Shown: positions 37,414 to 46,571 of the stretch, one piece after another
How the letters are laid out: each line of letters begins with the position of its first letter
Numbering within the stretch: the stretch's first letter is position 1
Assembly: GCA_964543125.1 (NCBI GenBank)
Contig: CAZIWX010000002.1
Coordinates: 26 to 64,025, forward strand
Reading direction: 5' to 3'
From: an uncultured Lentisphaeria bacterium
GTDB taxonomy: Bacteria > Fidelibacterota > UBA8477
Length of the DNA: 64,000 bases
The notes under the pieces: model-generated
Told to the model about the DNA's origin: nothing
Seen by the model: only the letters and a program-made list of their open reading frames with translations
The model's database searches: none
Position numbers and translations under genes: made by a program

Positions 37414-38175
37414 ATGCTGCGCCGGATTCTTTTCCTTGGACTGTTGAGCCTGTTATTGAATGGGCAGACAAACCCGTACCGGGATTGGGACGCCTGGGCG
37501 GATCACTATCCGGAATATTTACGTCAAAGTGCCAAATACTGGGTCCAGGATCGAACCAGTCAAATCATTCTGGGAAGTTGGCTGATCGCCTTGCCCGTTT
37601 TGCTCAAAACCGATAACAAATCTTCATTAGCGATCCATGACGCCGGAATATTAGGCTCCAATGGTCAACAATTTGGCGAAGCCTGGGGCCGATTTATCGG
37701 GCCGGCGTACCTACTGAGTTTGACGGCACTCCAGACTTTTAGACCGCATTTGTCCAGGGTTGAGCGTTACCAGCGGCTGGAATATGTGATTACCACTTAC
37801 GGTGTTGCCGGTACGCTCACAAGCAGCTTGAAATTTTTAGCGCGCCGGGAACGCCCGGACGGCACGGATTCTTTCTCATTTCCATCCGGGCACACTACTC
37901 TGGCCTTTGCCACGGCCGAAATAACCCGCCAGCTCTACGGCAATTGGTGGGGTGGCGCGGCTTATGGACTGGCGGTACTAACCGGTATTCAACGCGTACA
38001 AGATCAGCGTCACTGGGTAGGCGATGTGGTTACCGCCGCGGTCCTAAGTACGACTATCGCCCGGGCTTTGGCTCCCGGAAAAACCAGAGCAGCAAGACTC
38101 CATTTGGGGGTGAGTCAATTAAATACGTCGCAAACACTCTTGGTGACGCTTTCCCGGGAAATTCCATTTTTTTAA
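37414..38175 (+). CDS. PAP2-superfamily (phosphatidic acid phosphatase type 2 / haloperoxidase-like) phosphatase
   Basis: The three PAP2 motifs are present: KxxxxxxRP (KFLARRERP), PSGH (FPSGHTT) and SRxxxxxHxxxD (QRVQDQRHWVGD). Confidence 0.7.
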   Translation: MLRRILFLGLLSLLLNGQTNPYRDWDAWADHYPEYLRQSAKYWVQDRTSQIILGSWLIALPVLLKTDNKSSLAIHDAGILGSNGQQFGEAWGRFIGPAYLLSLTALQTFRPHLSRVERYQRLEYVITTYGVAGTLTSSLKFLARRERPDGTDSFSFPSGHTTLAFATAEITRQLYGNWWGGAAYGLAVLTGIQRVQDQRHWVGDVVTAAVLSTTIARALAPGKTRAARLHLGVSQLNTSQTLLVTLSREIPFF

Positions 38176-38275
38176 TTTAAATAGCATTCCGCACTACCAA
38201 TTGAACTTTTGAGCTTGGTTGCGCTAAGGGGCAGCGTATTTTTGCGGCAATGATTAGCGCGAAAGGAAGACGGCT

Positions 38276-39136
38276 GTGAGCGGTTTCTGGAATTGGTGGC
38301 AACATCTACCCAGCCACATGGACCCTACGATATTTACAATAGGTAATTTTCCCATCCGCTGGTACGGCACCATGTATGCCGTGGCATTTACTATCGTTTA
38401 TTTCCTGGTGAAACACCGGATTCAGTCTGAAAAATTAAATTACCGAAAAGAATTTTTAGGCGATGCCCTCATGTATGCCATTTTAGGAGTCATGCTGGGT
38501 GGCCGAATCGGATATGTATTGTTCTACAATTTTCCGGAATTCCTGCACTACCCCTGGCGTATTATTTCGCCCTTCGCGCAGATCAATGGTCATTGGACTT
38601 TCATCGGGATTTCCGGGATGTCCTATCACGGCGGTGTTTTGGGAGTAATTGTTGGTTGGTGGCTATTTGCCCGAAAGAATAAAATGACATTTTGGGAATT
38701 AGCGGATTTGTTTATTCCAGCGGTGCCCCTAGGCTATTTCTTCGGCCGGATCGGAAATTTCATTAACGGTGAATTATATGGCCGGCTCACTGACGCCAAT
38801 ATCGGGATGTATTTTCCCAGTGCTCCGGATGGTCATTTACGATACCCTTCTCAACTCTATGAGGCATTTTTTGAAGGAATAATCTTATTCTTGATTCTCT
38901 GGCCTTTACGGAAAAAGTCACCTTTCCCCGGTTTCCTGGGGGGAGCATATATATTTGGTTACGGGATTTTCCGCTTTTCCATTGAATATTTTCGTCAGCC
39001 GGATGCCCAACTTGGTTTTGTCTTTCTATCTTTCAGCATGGGACAAATGTTGAGCTTTGCAATGCTGGTGGGCGCCGGTTTCTATTGGTACATAAGCTAT
39101 CAATCCTACCGGCGGCAAGCCTCTCTCGCTAAATAA
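38276..39136 (+). CDS. lgt: Prolipoprotein diacylglyceryl transferase
   Basis: The Lgt signature GRIGNFINGELYG is present. It has multiple TM segments. 286 aa. Confidence 0.85.
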   Translation: MSGFWNWWQHLPSHMDPTIFTIGNFPIRWYGTMYAVAFTIVYFLVKHRIQSEKLNYRKEFLGDALMYAILGVMLGGRIGYVLFYNFPEFLHYPWRIISPFAQINGHWTFIGISGMSYHGGVLGVIVGWWLFARKNKMTFWELADLFIPAVPLGYFFGRIGNFINGELYGRLTDANIGMYFPSAPDGHLRYPSQLYEAFFEGIILFLILWPLRKKSPFPGFLGGAYIFGYGIFRFSIEYFRQPDAQLGFVFLSFSMGQMLSFAMLVGAGFYWYISYQSYRRQASLAK

Positions 39137-40914
39137 TGCCGGTTTTGCTGATCATAGCAATTAGCGCTCTGATTGCCGGCCCCTTCCTGGCGCAAATTCT
39201 GCGTCAAAACCGGTCCATAAATCAGGTGCTGGACGGATTCGTTTTAGTCTCGGTCGCCGGCTTGGCAACCCTGCATCTTTTGCCGGAAGCAATATTGGAA
39301 ATCCACTGGAGCGCATTGCTGATGCTGATGATTGGCGCTCTGCTACCGAGCCTGATTGAACGCCGCTTCCATAAGATGGAACAGCAGACGCATGTCGGTG
39401 TCATCCTGTTGGTATTGGTGGGGATTTTGGTCCATACCACGCTGGATGGCCTAGCGCTCTCGAGCATGTCAATCGCCCACGGCGCCGGACAGGCGCTGGC
39501 CGTGGCCGTAGTGCTCCATCGATTGCCTATCGGCATTCTGGTTTGGTGGTCGGCCCGGGCAGTTTACGGTAAACGCGGTGGAATTATTACGCTATCCATC
39601 ATGGCAACCTTTACACTCATTGGCTATTGGCTGGGGGGCGGAAAAATCACAATTCTGAGTACGCCATCAATCAGTTATGTGCAAGCACTCATCACGGGTT
39701 CGTTACTCCATGTCATTATCCATAAACCCTATTACCGGGAGCGGTTTAACGAAACGGAACCGGCATCCCAAGCCTGGCATCCCTGGAGCGCAACCGGAGC
39801 CGTGTTAGGGTTTGCCCTGCTGTTTCTCATGCCCCGTGAAGCCCATTCTGAATTCCAGGTCCTGATTGATCGGTTTTTTATAACAGCTAAGGGGTTATTC
39901 ATCCAAAGTTCCCCGGCCTTGTTGTTAGGTTTTACCATAGCAGCGGTCTTGGGCGTTTTCATTCCTCGGGCGACATTCGAATGGATCTCACACTCCGGCA
40001 GAGCCCGGCGGATTTCCCGGGGAATATTGTTTGGTCTGCCACTGCCGGTCTGTTCCCGTGGTGTTGCCCCACTTTATCATACACTTGTAAAACGTGGTGC
40101 ACCTCTGGGGGCGGCAATCGCGTTTCTGATTGCCGCCCCCGAACTTGGTCTGGATGCCATTCTCATCAGCTATCCTTTGTTAGGGGGAGCCCTGCTCGCC
40201 GTTCGGCTGGGAGCAGCCGTAGTGATCGCTTTCGGAGTGGCATGGATTCTGGATAAGTTATTTTTTAACCACCCTCTAATTGCAATCCGGGAAATTCCGG
40301 CTCCGGATGCAGAATTGTTACCGGCGGCGGATTTGCGTCAGCGTGGACAACAGGTTTGGTATTTGTTAAACTGGAAGCTAGTGGATGAATTGGGACCTTG
40401 GCTGGTGTTCGGCTTTTTATTGGCTGCTGCGGCGGAACCACTTCTGCGAATGGTCGCTTGGACAACAATTCCCGGCTGGCTGGCGGTGCTTTCCATGACC
40501 CTAGTGGGACTGCCAATTTATGTGTGCGCCTCCGGTGCAACGCCCCTGGGAGCAGTCATGTTGGCAAACGGGATTGCACCGGGAGCTGTTTTAGCTTTTC
40601 TGCTGGCGGGCTCGGCTTCCAGCGTGACCACGCTGGGAATTTTAAAAAAGCTGCACGGTTCACGCGTCATGTGGGTTTTTCTGTTTACCATCACCGGATT
40701 GACCTGGATAATTGGTATGGTTGTCAACGGTTTAATTCCACTGGATTTGCTGCCGGGTAATTCCGTAATGGAACGTGAAACTTTTAGTTGGTTACAGTGG
40801 GGCTCAGCCATCATTTTATTGGGGTTGTTGGCCGGATCATTGTTCAGAATTGGTCCCCGGCGGATGGTCCAGACAGTGTTGAACGGAAATGCAGCGCCGG
40901 CTGAGAAAGAATAA
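39136..40914 (+). CDS. Polytopic membrane protein: ZIP-like N-terminal metal-transporter domain fused to a two-repeat DUF318/ArsP-type permease domain (putative metal ion permease)
   Basis: 592 aa. The N-terminal ~230 aa carry ZIP-like His-containing TM motifs (LHLLPEA, VHTTLDGLAL, VLHRLPIG). The C-terminal part has two repeats with Cys-containing motifs (PVCSRGVAPL.., YVCASGATPLGAV..) as in DUF318/ArsP permeases. Confidence 0.45.
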   Translation: MPVLLIIAISALIAGPFLAQILRQNRSINQVLDGFVLVSVAGLATLHLLPEAILEIHWSALLMLMIGALLPSLIERRFHKMEQQTHVGVILLVLVGILVHTTLDGLALSSMSIAHGAGQALAVAVVLHRLPIGILVWWSARAVYGKRGGIITLSIMATFTLIGYWLGGGKITILSTPSISYVQALITGSLLHVIIHKPYYRERFNETEPASQAWHPWSATGAVLGFALLFLMPREAHSEFQVLIDRFFITAKGLFIQSSPALLLGFTIAAVLGVFIPRATFEWISHSGRARRISRGILFGLPLPVCSRGVAPLYHTLVKRGAPLGAAIAFLIAAPELGLDAILISYPLLGGALLAVRLGAAVVIAFGVAWILDKLFFNHPLIAIREIPAPDAELLPAADLRQRGQQVWYLLNWKLVDELGPWLVFGFLLAAAAEPLLRMVAWTTIPGWLAVLSMTLVGLPIYVCASGATPLGAVMLANGIAPGAVLAFLLAGSASSVTTLGILKKLHGSRVMWVFLFTITGLTWIIGMVVNGLIPLDLLPGNSVMERETFSWLQWGSAIILLGLLAGSLFRIGPRRMVQTVLNGNAAPAEKE

Positions 40915-40944
40915 CATGGATACCACCGGTAGGAGGGTTGGGGA

Positions 40945-41850
40945 GTGAACATATTGCTGATTGGCGGTGGTAGTTCCCGGGAGCGCCGGGTTTCTCTGGT
41001 GACATCCAATAATATTGAACAGGGACTCCGGGAAAATGGACATAGGGTAAACCGGGTCAATGTGTCGGATGAGTTGGGTGCGGTAAAGGCGTGGTCACCG
41101 GATTATGATCTTATGTTTTTAGGTTTACATGGCCGTCGCGGAGAGGATGGTTTGCTTCAGTCAATGCTAGAGCGGGAAGGTATTCCGTTTACCGGCGCCG
41201 GCTCGCAGAGCAGTCTGTTGGCGTTTCATAAGTCCGCCTCGAAATTATTGTTTGATCGGGAGGGTATTCCCACGCCGGAATGGAAATATTTGCGACACAC
41301 TGTTAATGTTGATTTACCGAAAAATGGGTTTGAATATCCCTTTGTGATTAAGCCGGATAATGAAGGCTCAACGATGGGGCTTTCCATCATCCGAAAAGAT
41401 GGTGATTTGGCGGCTGCTCGCGAAGTAAGCGGCCAGTATTATCATCTGCTATACGAACGTTTTATTCCCGGACGTGAATTGACGGTGGGTGTTTTGGACG
41501 GACAGCCGTTGCCCATAGTGGAGATTTTTCCGGGGCATGAGTTATATGATTATGAATCCAAGTATACGCATGGCGCCAGCCGGTATGAAGTTCCGGCTAA
41601 TCTTTCGGATGATTTGACTCACTATATTCAACACCTGGCGCAGAACGCTATGCGGGTATTGGGTGTGGAAGTCTATGGCCGAGTTGATTTCCGCTTGGAC
41701 CCGGATGAAAATCCTTGGTGTTTGGAGGTTAATACCCTGCCGGGAATGACCGAAACATCCTTGTTTCCCATGGCTGCCAAGTCGGCTGGCATATCATTCC
41801 CTCAACTCTTGACCCGGGTAGCCGAATTGAGTTTAAAAAAAGGGAAATAG
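40945..41850 (+). CDS. ddl: D-alanine--D-alanine ligase
   Basis: 301 aa with an ATP-grasp fold. The N-terminal GGxSxE(R)xVS motif, the HGxxGEDG motif, and the C-terminal region are present. Confidence 0.85.
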   Translation: MNILLIGGGSSRERRVSLVTSNNIEQGLRENGHRVNRVNVSDELGAVKAWSPDYDLMFLGLHGRRGEDGLLQSMLEREGIPFTGAGSQSSLLAFHKSASKLLFDREGIPTPEWKYLRHTVNVDLPKNGFEYPFVIKPDNEGSTMGLSIIRKDGDLAAAREVSGQYYHLLYERFIPGRELTVGVLDGQPLPIVEIFPGHELYDYESKYTHGASRYEVPANLSDDLTHYIQHLAQNAMRVLGVEVYGRVDFRLDPDENPWCLEVNTLPGMTETSLFPMAAKSAGISFPQLLTRVAELSLKKGK

Positions 41851-41886
41851 TTTGCCTGCCGTAGCTCCAGCTAGGGCATTTTTCAT

Positions 41887-43296
41887 ATGCCGCTAGAACT
41901 CTATAATACGCTCACCCGCCAAACGGAAATTTTTAAGCCGATCGAACCCGGAAAGATCAAACTCTATACCTGTGGCCCTACCGTTTATAATGTGGCGCAT
42001 ATCGGGAATTTCAGGACATTTATTTTTGAAGATTTGTTGCGTCGCTATCTTGAGTACCGCGGCTTTATGGTTATGCAGGTCATGAATATTACGGATGTGG
42101 ATGATAAAACCATTCGCAATAGTCTGGCCGCGGGGAAATCGCTGCAGGAATTCACTGCTTTTTATACCAAGGCTTTCCTGGATGACCTGGCGACTTTGAA
42201 TATTCAGCCGGCCCACCAATATCCGGTTGCAACCCAATATATCCAGCCCATGATCGATATGATCCAGACTTTAGTGAATAAAGGCTACGCTTATAAAACC
42301 GAGGATGGCGCCGTGTATTTCGATATTGCCACATTCCCGGAATATGGCAAACTGACTCACCTGGATTCGGATCGGATGCGCCCGGGTGAACGGGTGGCAA
42401 CTGACGAATACGAGAAAGAAAGCCTTCGTGATTTTGCCTTATGGAAAGCCTGGAAAGCGGAAGAGGGCGAAATCTTTTGGGAATCACCCTGGGGAAAAGG
42501 TCGTCCCGGGTGGCATATTGAGTGTTCGGTCATGTCCACCAGTCTGCTGGGTAACCATTTTGATATTCACTGTGGTGGAGTCGACAATATATTTCCCCAT
42601 CACGAAAATGAAATTGCTCAGTCGGTTTGTGCGACGGGTGAGCCGTTTGTGAATTATTGGCTGCATGCCGAATATCTCTTGGTTGACGGGCGCAAAATGG
42701 CCAAATCACTGGGGAATTATTATACGCTGCGACACTTGGTGGATGACGGGTATCGGCCGGACGCGATTCGTTGGATGTTGCTCACGACCCATTACCGGCA
42801 GAAATTGAATTTTTCCGTTAATCGAATCGATAACGCTCTAAAAGCGATTGAACGGCTAAGAAGTTTTAAAGAGCGGCTGGAAAAAACTGCGGGGAAGGCA
42901 GCTGAACCCGCGCCATTTGCGGCCTCTGCGAAAGAGCAATTTATCGGGGCTATGGATAGTGATCTGAATATCGCGGGCGGATTGGCGGCAGTGTTTGAAC
43001 TGGTGCGAAAAGGTAATCGATTGCTGGATGCGGGAGACTTAACTCCCGGAATGGCAAATTCGACCTTGAAAGTCCTGCTGGAACTGGATCATGTATTAGG
43101 CATTTTCAGTATGCCGGCTCCCAAAAGCAAGGTTGCCGTGGATGGTGCTAAAATTGACGAATTGATCACCCGGCGAAAAGCGGCTCGGGCTGTAAAAGAT
43201 TTTAATCGGGCTGATGCGATTCGGGATGAACTTAAGGCCCTGGGGATTGACTTAATCGATACAGTGAACGGCACTGTCTGGAAAGTCCGTAATTAG
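41887..43296 (+). CDS. cysS: Cysteine--tRNA ligase
   Basis: HIGN (HIGH-class) and KMAKS (KMSKS-class) motifs are present. Zinc-binding Cys residues are present. 469 aa. Confidence 0.9.
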   Translation: MPLELYNTLTRQTEIFKPIEPGKIKLYTCGPTVYNVAHIGNFRTFIFEDLLRRYLEYRGFMVMQVMNITDVDDKTIRNSLAAGKSLQEFTAFYTKAFLDDLATLNIQPAHQYPVATQYIQPMIDMIQTLVNKGYAYKTEDGAVYFDIATFPEYGKLTHLDSDRMRPGERVATDEYEKESLRDFALWKAWKAEEGEIFWESPWGKGRPGWHIECSVMSTSLLGNHFDIHCGGVDNIFPHHENEIAQSVCATGEPFVNYWLHAEYLLVDGRKMAKSLGNYYTLRHLVDDGYRPDAIRWMLLTTHYRQKLNFSVNRIDNALKAIERLRSFKERLEKTAGKAAEPAPFAASAKEQFIGAMDSDLNIAGGLAAVFELVRKGNRLLDAGDLTPGMANSTLKVLLELDHVLGIFSMPAPKSKVAVDGAKIDELITRRKAARAVKDFNRADAIRDELKALGIDLIDTVNGTVWKVRN

Positions 43297-43331
43297 CTCA
43301 TTTTAACAAGTTTATAATCCTTAAAAAAATC

Positions 43332-43359
43332 TTGCCTTGACGGCATTCTGCGTTAAAAT
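43332..43359 (+). promoter_or_regulatory. Candidate promoter (TTGCCT-N16-TAAAAT) for the tRNA-tuf transcription unit
   Basis: -35 at 43332-43337 and -10 at 43354-43359. The first tRNA starts 19 nt downstream. Confidence 0.3.
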
Positions 43360-43377
43360 ATGCGGCTCTTTGTCAAG

Positions 43378-43450
43378 GCCAAGGTAGCTCAGTTGGTAGA
43401 GCAGCGGTTTTGTAAATCGCCGGTCGGGGGTTCGAGTCCCTTCCTTGGCT
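43378..43450 (+). tRNA. tRNA-Thr (anticodon UGU)
   Basis: The cloverleaf was folded by hand. The acceptor stem is GCCAAGG/CCTTGGC. The anticodon stem is GCGGT/ATCGC with loop UUUGUAA. The T-loop is TTCGAGT. Confidence 0.8.
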
Positions 43451-43468
43451 CAGATATTTGAGAAGTTT

Positions 43469-43551
43469 GGGTCGGTGGCCGAGTGGTTAAAGGCGGCAGA
43501 CTGTAAATCTGCTAGTGTATGCTTACGGTGGTTCAAATCCATCCCGGCCCA
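43469..43551 (+). tRNA. tRNA-Tyr (anticodon GUA), type II with a long variable arm
   Basis: The acceptor stem is GGGTCGG/CCGGCCC. The anticodon stem is GCAGA/TCTGC with loop CUGUAAA. There is a long variable arm and the T-loop is TTCAAAT. Confidence 0.8.
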
Positions 43552-43601
43552 CTGCTCTTTTCAATAAACGGGGAGGCAACCATGTGTTGCTGTTCGTACC
43601 C

Positions 43602-43672
43602 GCGGGTGTAGTTCAGTGGCAGAACCTTAGCCTTCCAAGCTAATGGCGTGAGTTCGATTCTCATCACCCGCT
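43602..43672 (+). tRNA. tRNA-Gly (anticodon UCC)
   Basis: The acceptor stem is GCGGGTG/CACCCGC. The anticodon stem is TTAGC/GCTAA with loop CUUCCAA. Confidence 0.8.
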
Positions 43673-43727
43673 CAGGAATGACAGCCGTTGCCCCATTTGC
43701 CCAGGGGCATTTTTGTAGGTGTACAGT

Positions 43728-43800
43728 GCTCGGGTAGCTCAGTTGGTAGAGCACCTCCTTGGTAAGGAGAAGGTCGGCGGTTCAAATCCGCTCCCGAGCT
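43728..43800 (+). tRNA. tRNA-Thr (anticodon GGU)
   Basis: The acceptor stem is GCTCGGG/CCCGAGC. The anticodon loop is UUGGUAA. The T-arm is GGCGG-TTCAAAT-CCGCT. The order Thr-Tyr-Gly-Thr-tuf is classic. Confidence 0.8.
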
Positions 43801-43860
43801 CGTGACTTTATGAAAGGCATTTGACAGAAAACACTTTGGCCAAAGGGAGGAAGATCACTC

Positions 43861-45054
43861 ATGGCAAAGCAAAAATATGAACGAACGAAGCCACATGTAA
43901 ATGTAGGTACGATCGGCCATGTAGATCATGGTAAGACGACCTTAACGGCCGCCATCACAGCGGTTTTGGCGCGCAAGGGAGGAGCGGCGTTCCGATCGTT
44001 CGACAGTATTGACAATGCCCCGGAAGAGCGAGAGCGCGGCATAACGATAGCCACGGCGCATGTTGAGTATGAGACGGACAAGCGTCACTATGCGCATGTG
44101 GACTGTCCGGGACACGCGGACTACATCAAGAACATGATCACCGGGGCGGCTCAGATGGACGGAGCGATACTGGTGGTATCGGCGGCGGATGGCGCCATGC
44201 CGCAGACACGTGAGCATGTATTGTTGGCCAAGCAGGTGAATGTACCGGCGATTGTGGTTTACATGAATAAGGTCGACATGGTGGATGATCCGGAGTTGCT
44301 GGATTTGGTTGAGATGGAGCTGCGTGAGCTGCTGAGTGAATATGATTTTCCCGGAGACGATGTTCCGGTGATTCGTGGCTCGGCGCTGGAAGCCTTGACG
44401 AACTCGGAAGATGAAGAGAAGACCAAGAGCATCATGGAGTTGATGGATGCGGTTGATAATTTCATTCCGGAACCGAAGCGAGATGTTGACAAGCCCTTTT
44501 TGATGCCGGTAGAGGATGTATTCTCCATCACGGGTCGAGGCACGGTAGGAACGGGTCGTATCGAGCGCGGAGTAGTGAAGGTGGGGGAAGAGGTCGAGAT
44601 CATTGGACTGACCACGGAGAAGAAGAAGACGGTAGTGACGGGCGTTGAGATGTTCCGCAAGCTGTTGGATTCAGGCCAGGCGGGTGACAATGTTGGATTA
44701 TTGTTGCGCGGGATAGACAAGGATTGGCTGAAGCGGGGCATGGTGTGCGCCAAACCGGGTTCAGTGACTCCGCATACGAAATTCAAGTGTAAGGTATATA
44801 TCCTGAAGAAGGAAGAGGGTGGCCGTCATACGCCGTTTTTCAATGGATATCGTCCCCAGTTTTATATCCGGACAACGGATGTTACCGGTGTATGTACACT
44901 TCCGGAAGGGTCGGAGATGGTGATGCCGGGTGACAATGTAGGCTTGTCGGTGGAGTTGATCTATCCGGTGGCTTTGGAAAAAGAGATGCGTTTTGCTATC
45001 CGCGAGGGTGGTCATACGGTTGGCGCCGGCGTCGTAACCGATATTATCGAGTAA
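43861..45054 (+). CDS. tuf: Elongation factor Tu (copy 1)
   Basis: 397 aa. The G-domain motifs [14 protein letters not shown] and NKVD are present. It gives the same translation as the copy at 59458-60651. Confidence 0.97.
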   Translation: MAKQKYERTKPHVNVGTIGHVDHGKTTLTAAITAVLARKGGAAFRSFDSIDNAPEERERGITIATAHVEYETDKRHYAHVDCPGHADYIKNMITGAAQMDGAILVVSAADGAMPQTREHVLLAKQVNVPAIVVYMNKVDMVDDPELLDLVEMELRELLSEYDFPGDDVPVIRGSALEALTNSEDEEKTKSIMELMDAVDNFIPEPKRDVDKPFLMPVEDVFSITGRGTVGTGRIERGVVKVGEEVEIIGLTTEKKKTVVTGVEMFRKLLDSGQAGDNVGLLLRGIDKDWLKRGMVCAKPGSVTPHTKFKCKVYILKKEEGGRHTPFFNGYRPQFYIRTTDVTGVCTLPEGSEMVMPGDNVGLSVELIYPVALEKEMRFAIREGGHTVGAGVVTDIIE

Positions 45055-45080
45055 TTGCTTAATCCGAGGGCTGAAGTCTT

Positions 45081-45245
45081 ATGGCAAAAAAAGGGAAACG
45101 CGCGATCATCCAGTTGGAAAGTACTGCTGGAACCGGTTATCGGTATGTTACGACCAAAAACAAGCAGCTTCATCCCGGGCGGGTGGAGTATAAAAAATAC
45201 GATCCGGTTGTTAGAAAACACGTCATCTTCAAAGAGGCGAAGTAG
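45081..45245 (+). CDS. rpmG: 50S ribosomal protein L33 (missing from the supplied ORF track because it is under 60 aa)
   Basis: Translated by hand from the ATG at 45081: [54 protein letters not shown], with the stop at 45243-45245. It sits between tuf and tRNA-Trp. Confidence 0.8.
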   Translation: MAKKGKRAIIQLESTAGTGYRYVTTKNKQLHPGRVEYKKYDPVVRKHVIFKEAK

Positions 45246-45262
45246 GCTAACGCGGAATGAAC

Positions 45263-45335
45263 AGGAGAGTAGCTCAATTGGTAGAGCATCGGTCTCCAAA
45301 ACCGAGGGTTGCGGGTTCAAGTCCTGTCTCTCCTG
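45263..45335 (+). tRNA. tRNA-Trp (anticodon CCA)
   Basis: The acceptor stem is AGGAGAG/CTCTCCT. The anticodon stem is TCGGT/ACCGA with loop CUCCAAA. It lies upstream of secE, as in many bacteria. Confidence 0.8.
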
Positions 45336-45383
45336 CTTTACTCAAAATCTTGTGATGCTAGACTAACGAGCAAAGAAGTCCTT

Positions 45384-45575
45384 ATGGTACAAAAAATTAA
45401 ATCCTTTCTTGAAGATGTTCAGTTCGAATTTAAGAAGATCGTCTGGCCCACCTACTATGAATTAAAAGGGTCAACGGTTATGGTCCTTACACTTACCGGC
45501 ATTTTAGCCCTGATCCTCTTTTTAATTGATAAAATAATGTCTACCCTGATCCTTGGGGTAATACTGGGGCGCTAA
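45384..45575 (+). CDS. secE: Preprotein translocase subunit SecE
   Basis: The ATG at 45384 gives a 63-aa protein, MVQKIKSFLEDVQFEFKKIVWPT..., with a single C-terminal TM. The track ORF at 45309 starts upstream and overlaps the tRNA-Trp, so it is probably over-extended. Confidence 0.75.
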   Translation: MVQKIKSFLEDVQFEFKKIVWPTYYELKGSTVMVLTLTGILALILFLIDKIMSTLILGVILGR

Positions 45576-45576
45576 C

Positions 45577-46110
45577 ATGGCAGCAAAATGGTATAGCATC
45601 CGCACGTTTTCGGGCAAAGAAAAGAAGGTCCGGGATATGATTCTCCACGAAACCGAAATAGCGGGCATGGACGAGTTGATTCTGGAGGTCCTGGTTCCAT
45701 CTGAAAATGTGGTTGAAATGCGTGACGGTAAAAAATACGTGCGTAATAAGGTTTTCTTCCCGGGCTATATCATGATCCAGATGGAACTCAACAAAGAAAC
45801 CCGCTATTTAGTGGAAAATATGCCGGGTGTCATGTCGTTTGTTGGTCCTCGGGGAGAGCCTGCTCCGTTAAAAGACGATGAAGTGCGCCGGATTTTGGGG
45901 GAAGTCGAAAATCGCGATGGACGCGAAGTATTTGGTACCTCATTCAAAATAGGCGATCCCATCAAAGTGGTCGACGGGCCTTTCCTTGATTTTTCCGGTT
46001 TTGTGCAGGAAGTAAATGAGGAAAAGCAAAAAGTCAAAGTAATGGTATCCATTTTTGGCCGCCCGACACCGGTCGAATTGGATTTCCTGCAAGTCGAACC
46101 TGAGAAATAG
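45577..46110 (+). CDS. nusG: Transcription termination/antitermination factor NusG
   Basis: 177 aa. The NGN domain starts WYSIRTFSGKEKKV. A KOW domain is at the C-terminus. Confidence 0.9.
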   Translation: MAAKWYSIRTFSGKEKKVRDMILHETEIAGMDELILEVLVPSENVVEMRDGKKYVRNKVFFPGYIMIQMELNKETRYLVENMPGVMSFVGPRGEPAPLKDDEVRRILGEVENRDGREVFGTSFKIGDPIKVVDGPFLDFSGFVQEVNEEKQKVKVMVSIFGRPTPVELDFLQVEPEK

Positions 46111-46131
46111 GATATAGAGGAAAGCGCTTAA

Positions 46132-46557
46132 ATGGCCAAAAAAATCATCAATCAGATAAAGTTGCAGATTTCCGCGGGTGAAGCCAATCCTTCACCACCG
46201 GTCGGTCCCGCGTTAGGTCAGGCGGGGGTGAATATCATGGAATTCTGTAAGACTTTCAATGCAAAGACACAGAGTGAGCGCGGGATGATCATCCCGGTCG
46301 TCATCACTGTTTACGCTGACCGATCATTCACATTTATTACCAAAACCCCGCCGGCACCGGTTCTGCTGCGTAAAGCCGCCGGTGTTCCTAAAGGTTCCGG
46401 GACTCCCAATTCCGTAAAAGTCGGCAAGGTGACCCGAGGGCAGGTGCGGGAAATAGCCCAGATAAAAATGCAAGACTTGAACGCGCACGACATAGAGCAT
46501 GCCATGCTGTTGATTGAGGGTACGGCGCGCAGCATGGGCATTACGGTACAAGATTAA
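46132..46557 (+). CDS. rplK: 50S ribosomal protein L11
   Basis: The translation MAKKI...[37 protein letters not shown] matches L11. Confidence 0.95.
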   Translation: MAKKIINQIKLQISAGEANPSPPVGPALGQAGVNIMEFCKTFNAKTQSERGMIIPVVITVYADRSFTFITKTPPAPVLLRKAAGVPKGSGTPNSVKVGKVTRGQVREIAQIKMQDLNAHDIEHAMLLIEGTARSMGITVQD

Positions 46558-46571
46558 GGAGACGCGTTAGC

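Noticed and set aside
40518-41060. 180-aa minus-strand ORF overlapping the end of the permease gene and the start of ddl
   Set aside because: It is antisense to two well-supported genes and crosses their intergenic spacer. It has no independent support.
44259-44786. 175-aa Ser-rich ORF antisense to tuf, with an identical twin at 59856-60383; smaller antisense ORFs at 43942-44217 and 44761-45015 also have twins
   Set aside because: It lies entirely inside the highly conserved tuf coding sequence on the opposite strand, with low-complexity composition. It is a by-product of the open antisense frames of a high-GC3 gene. It was used only as evidence that the two tuf copies are nucleotide-identical.
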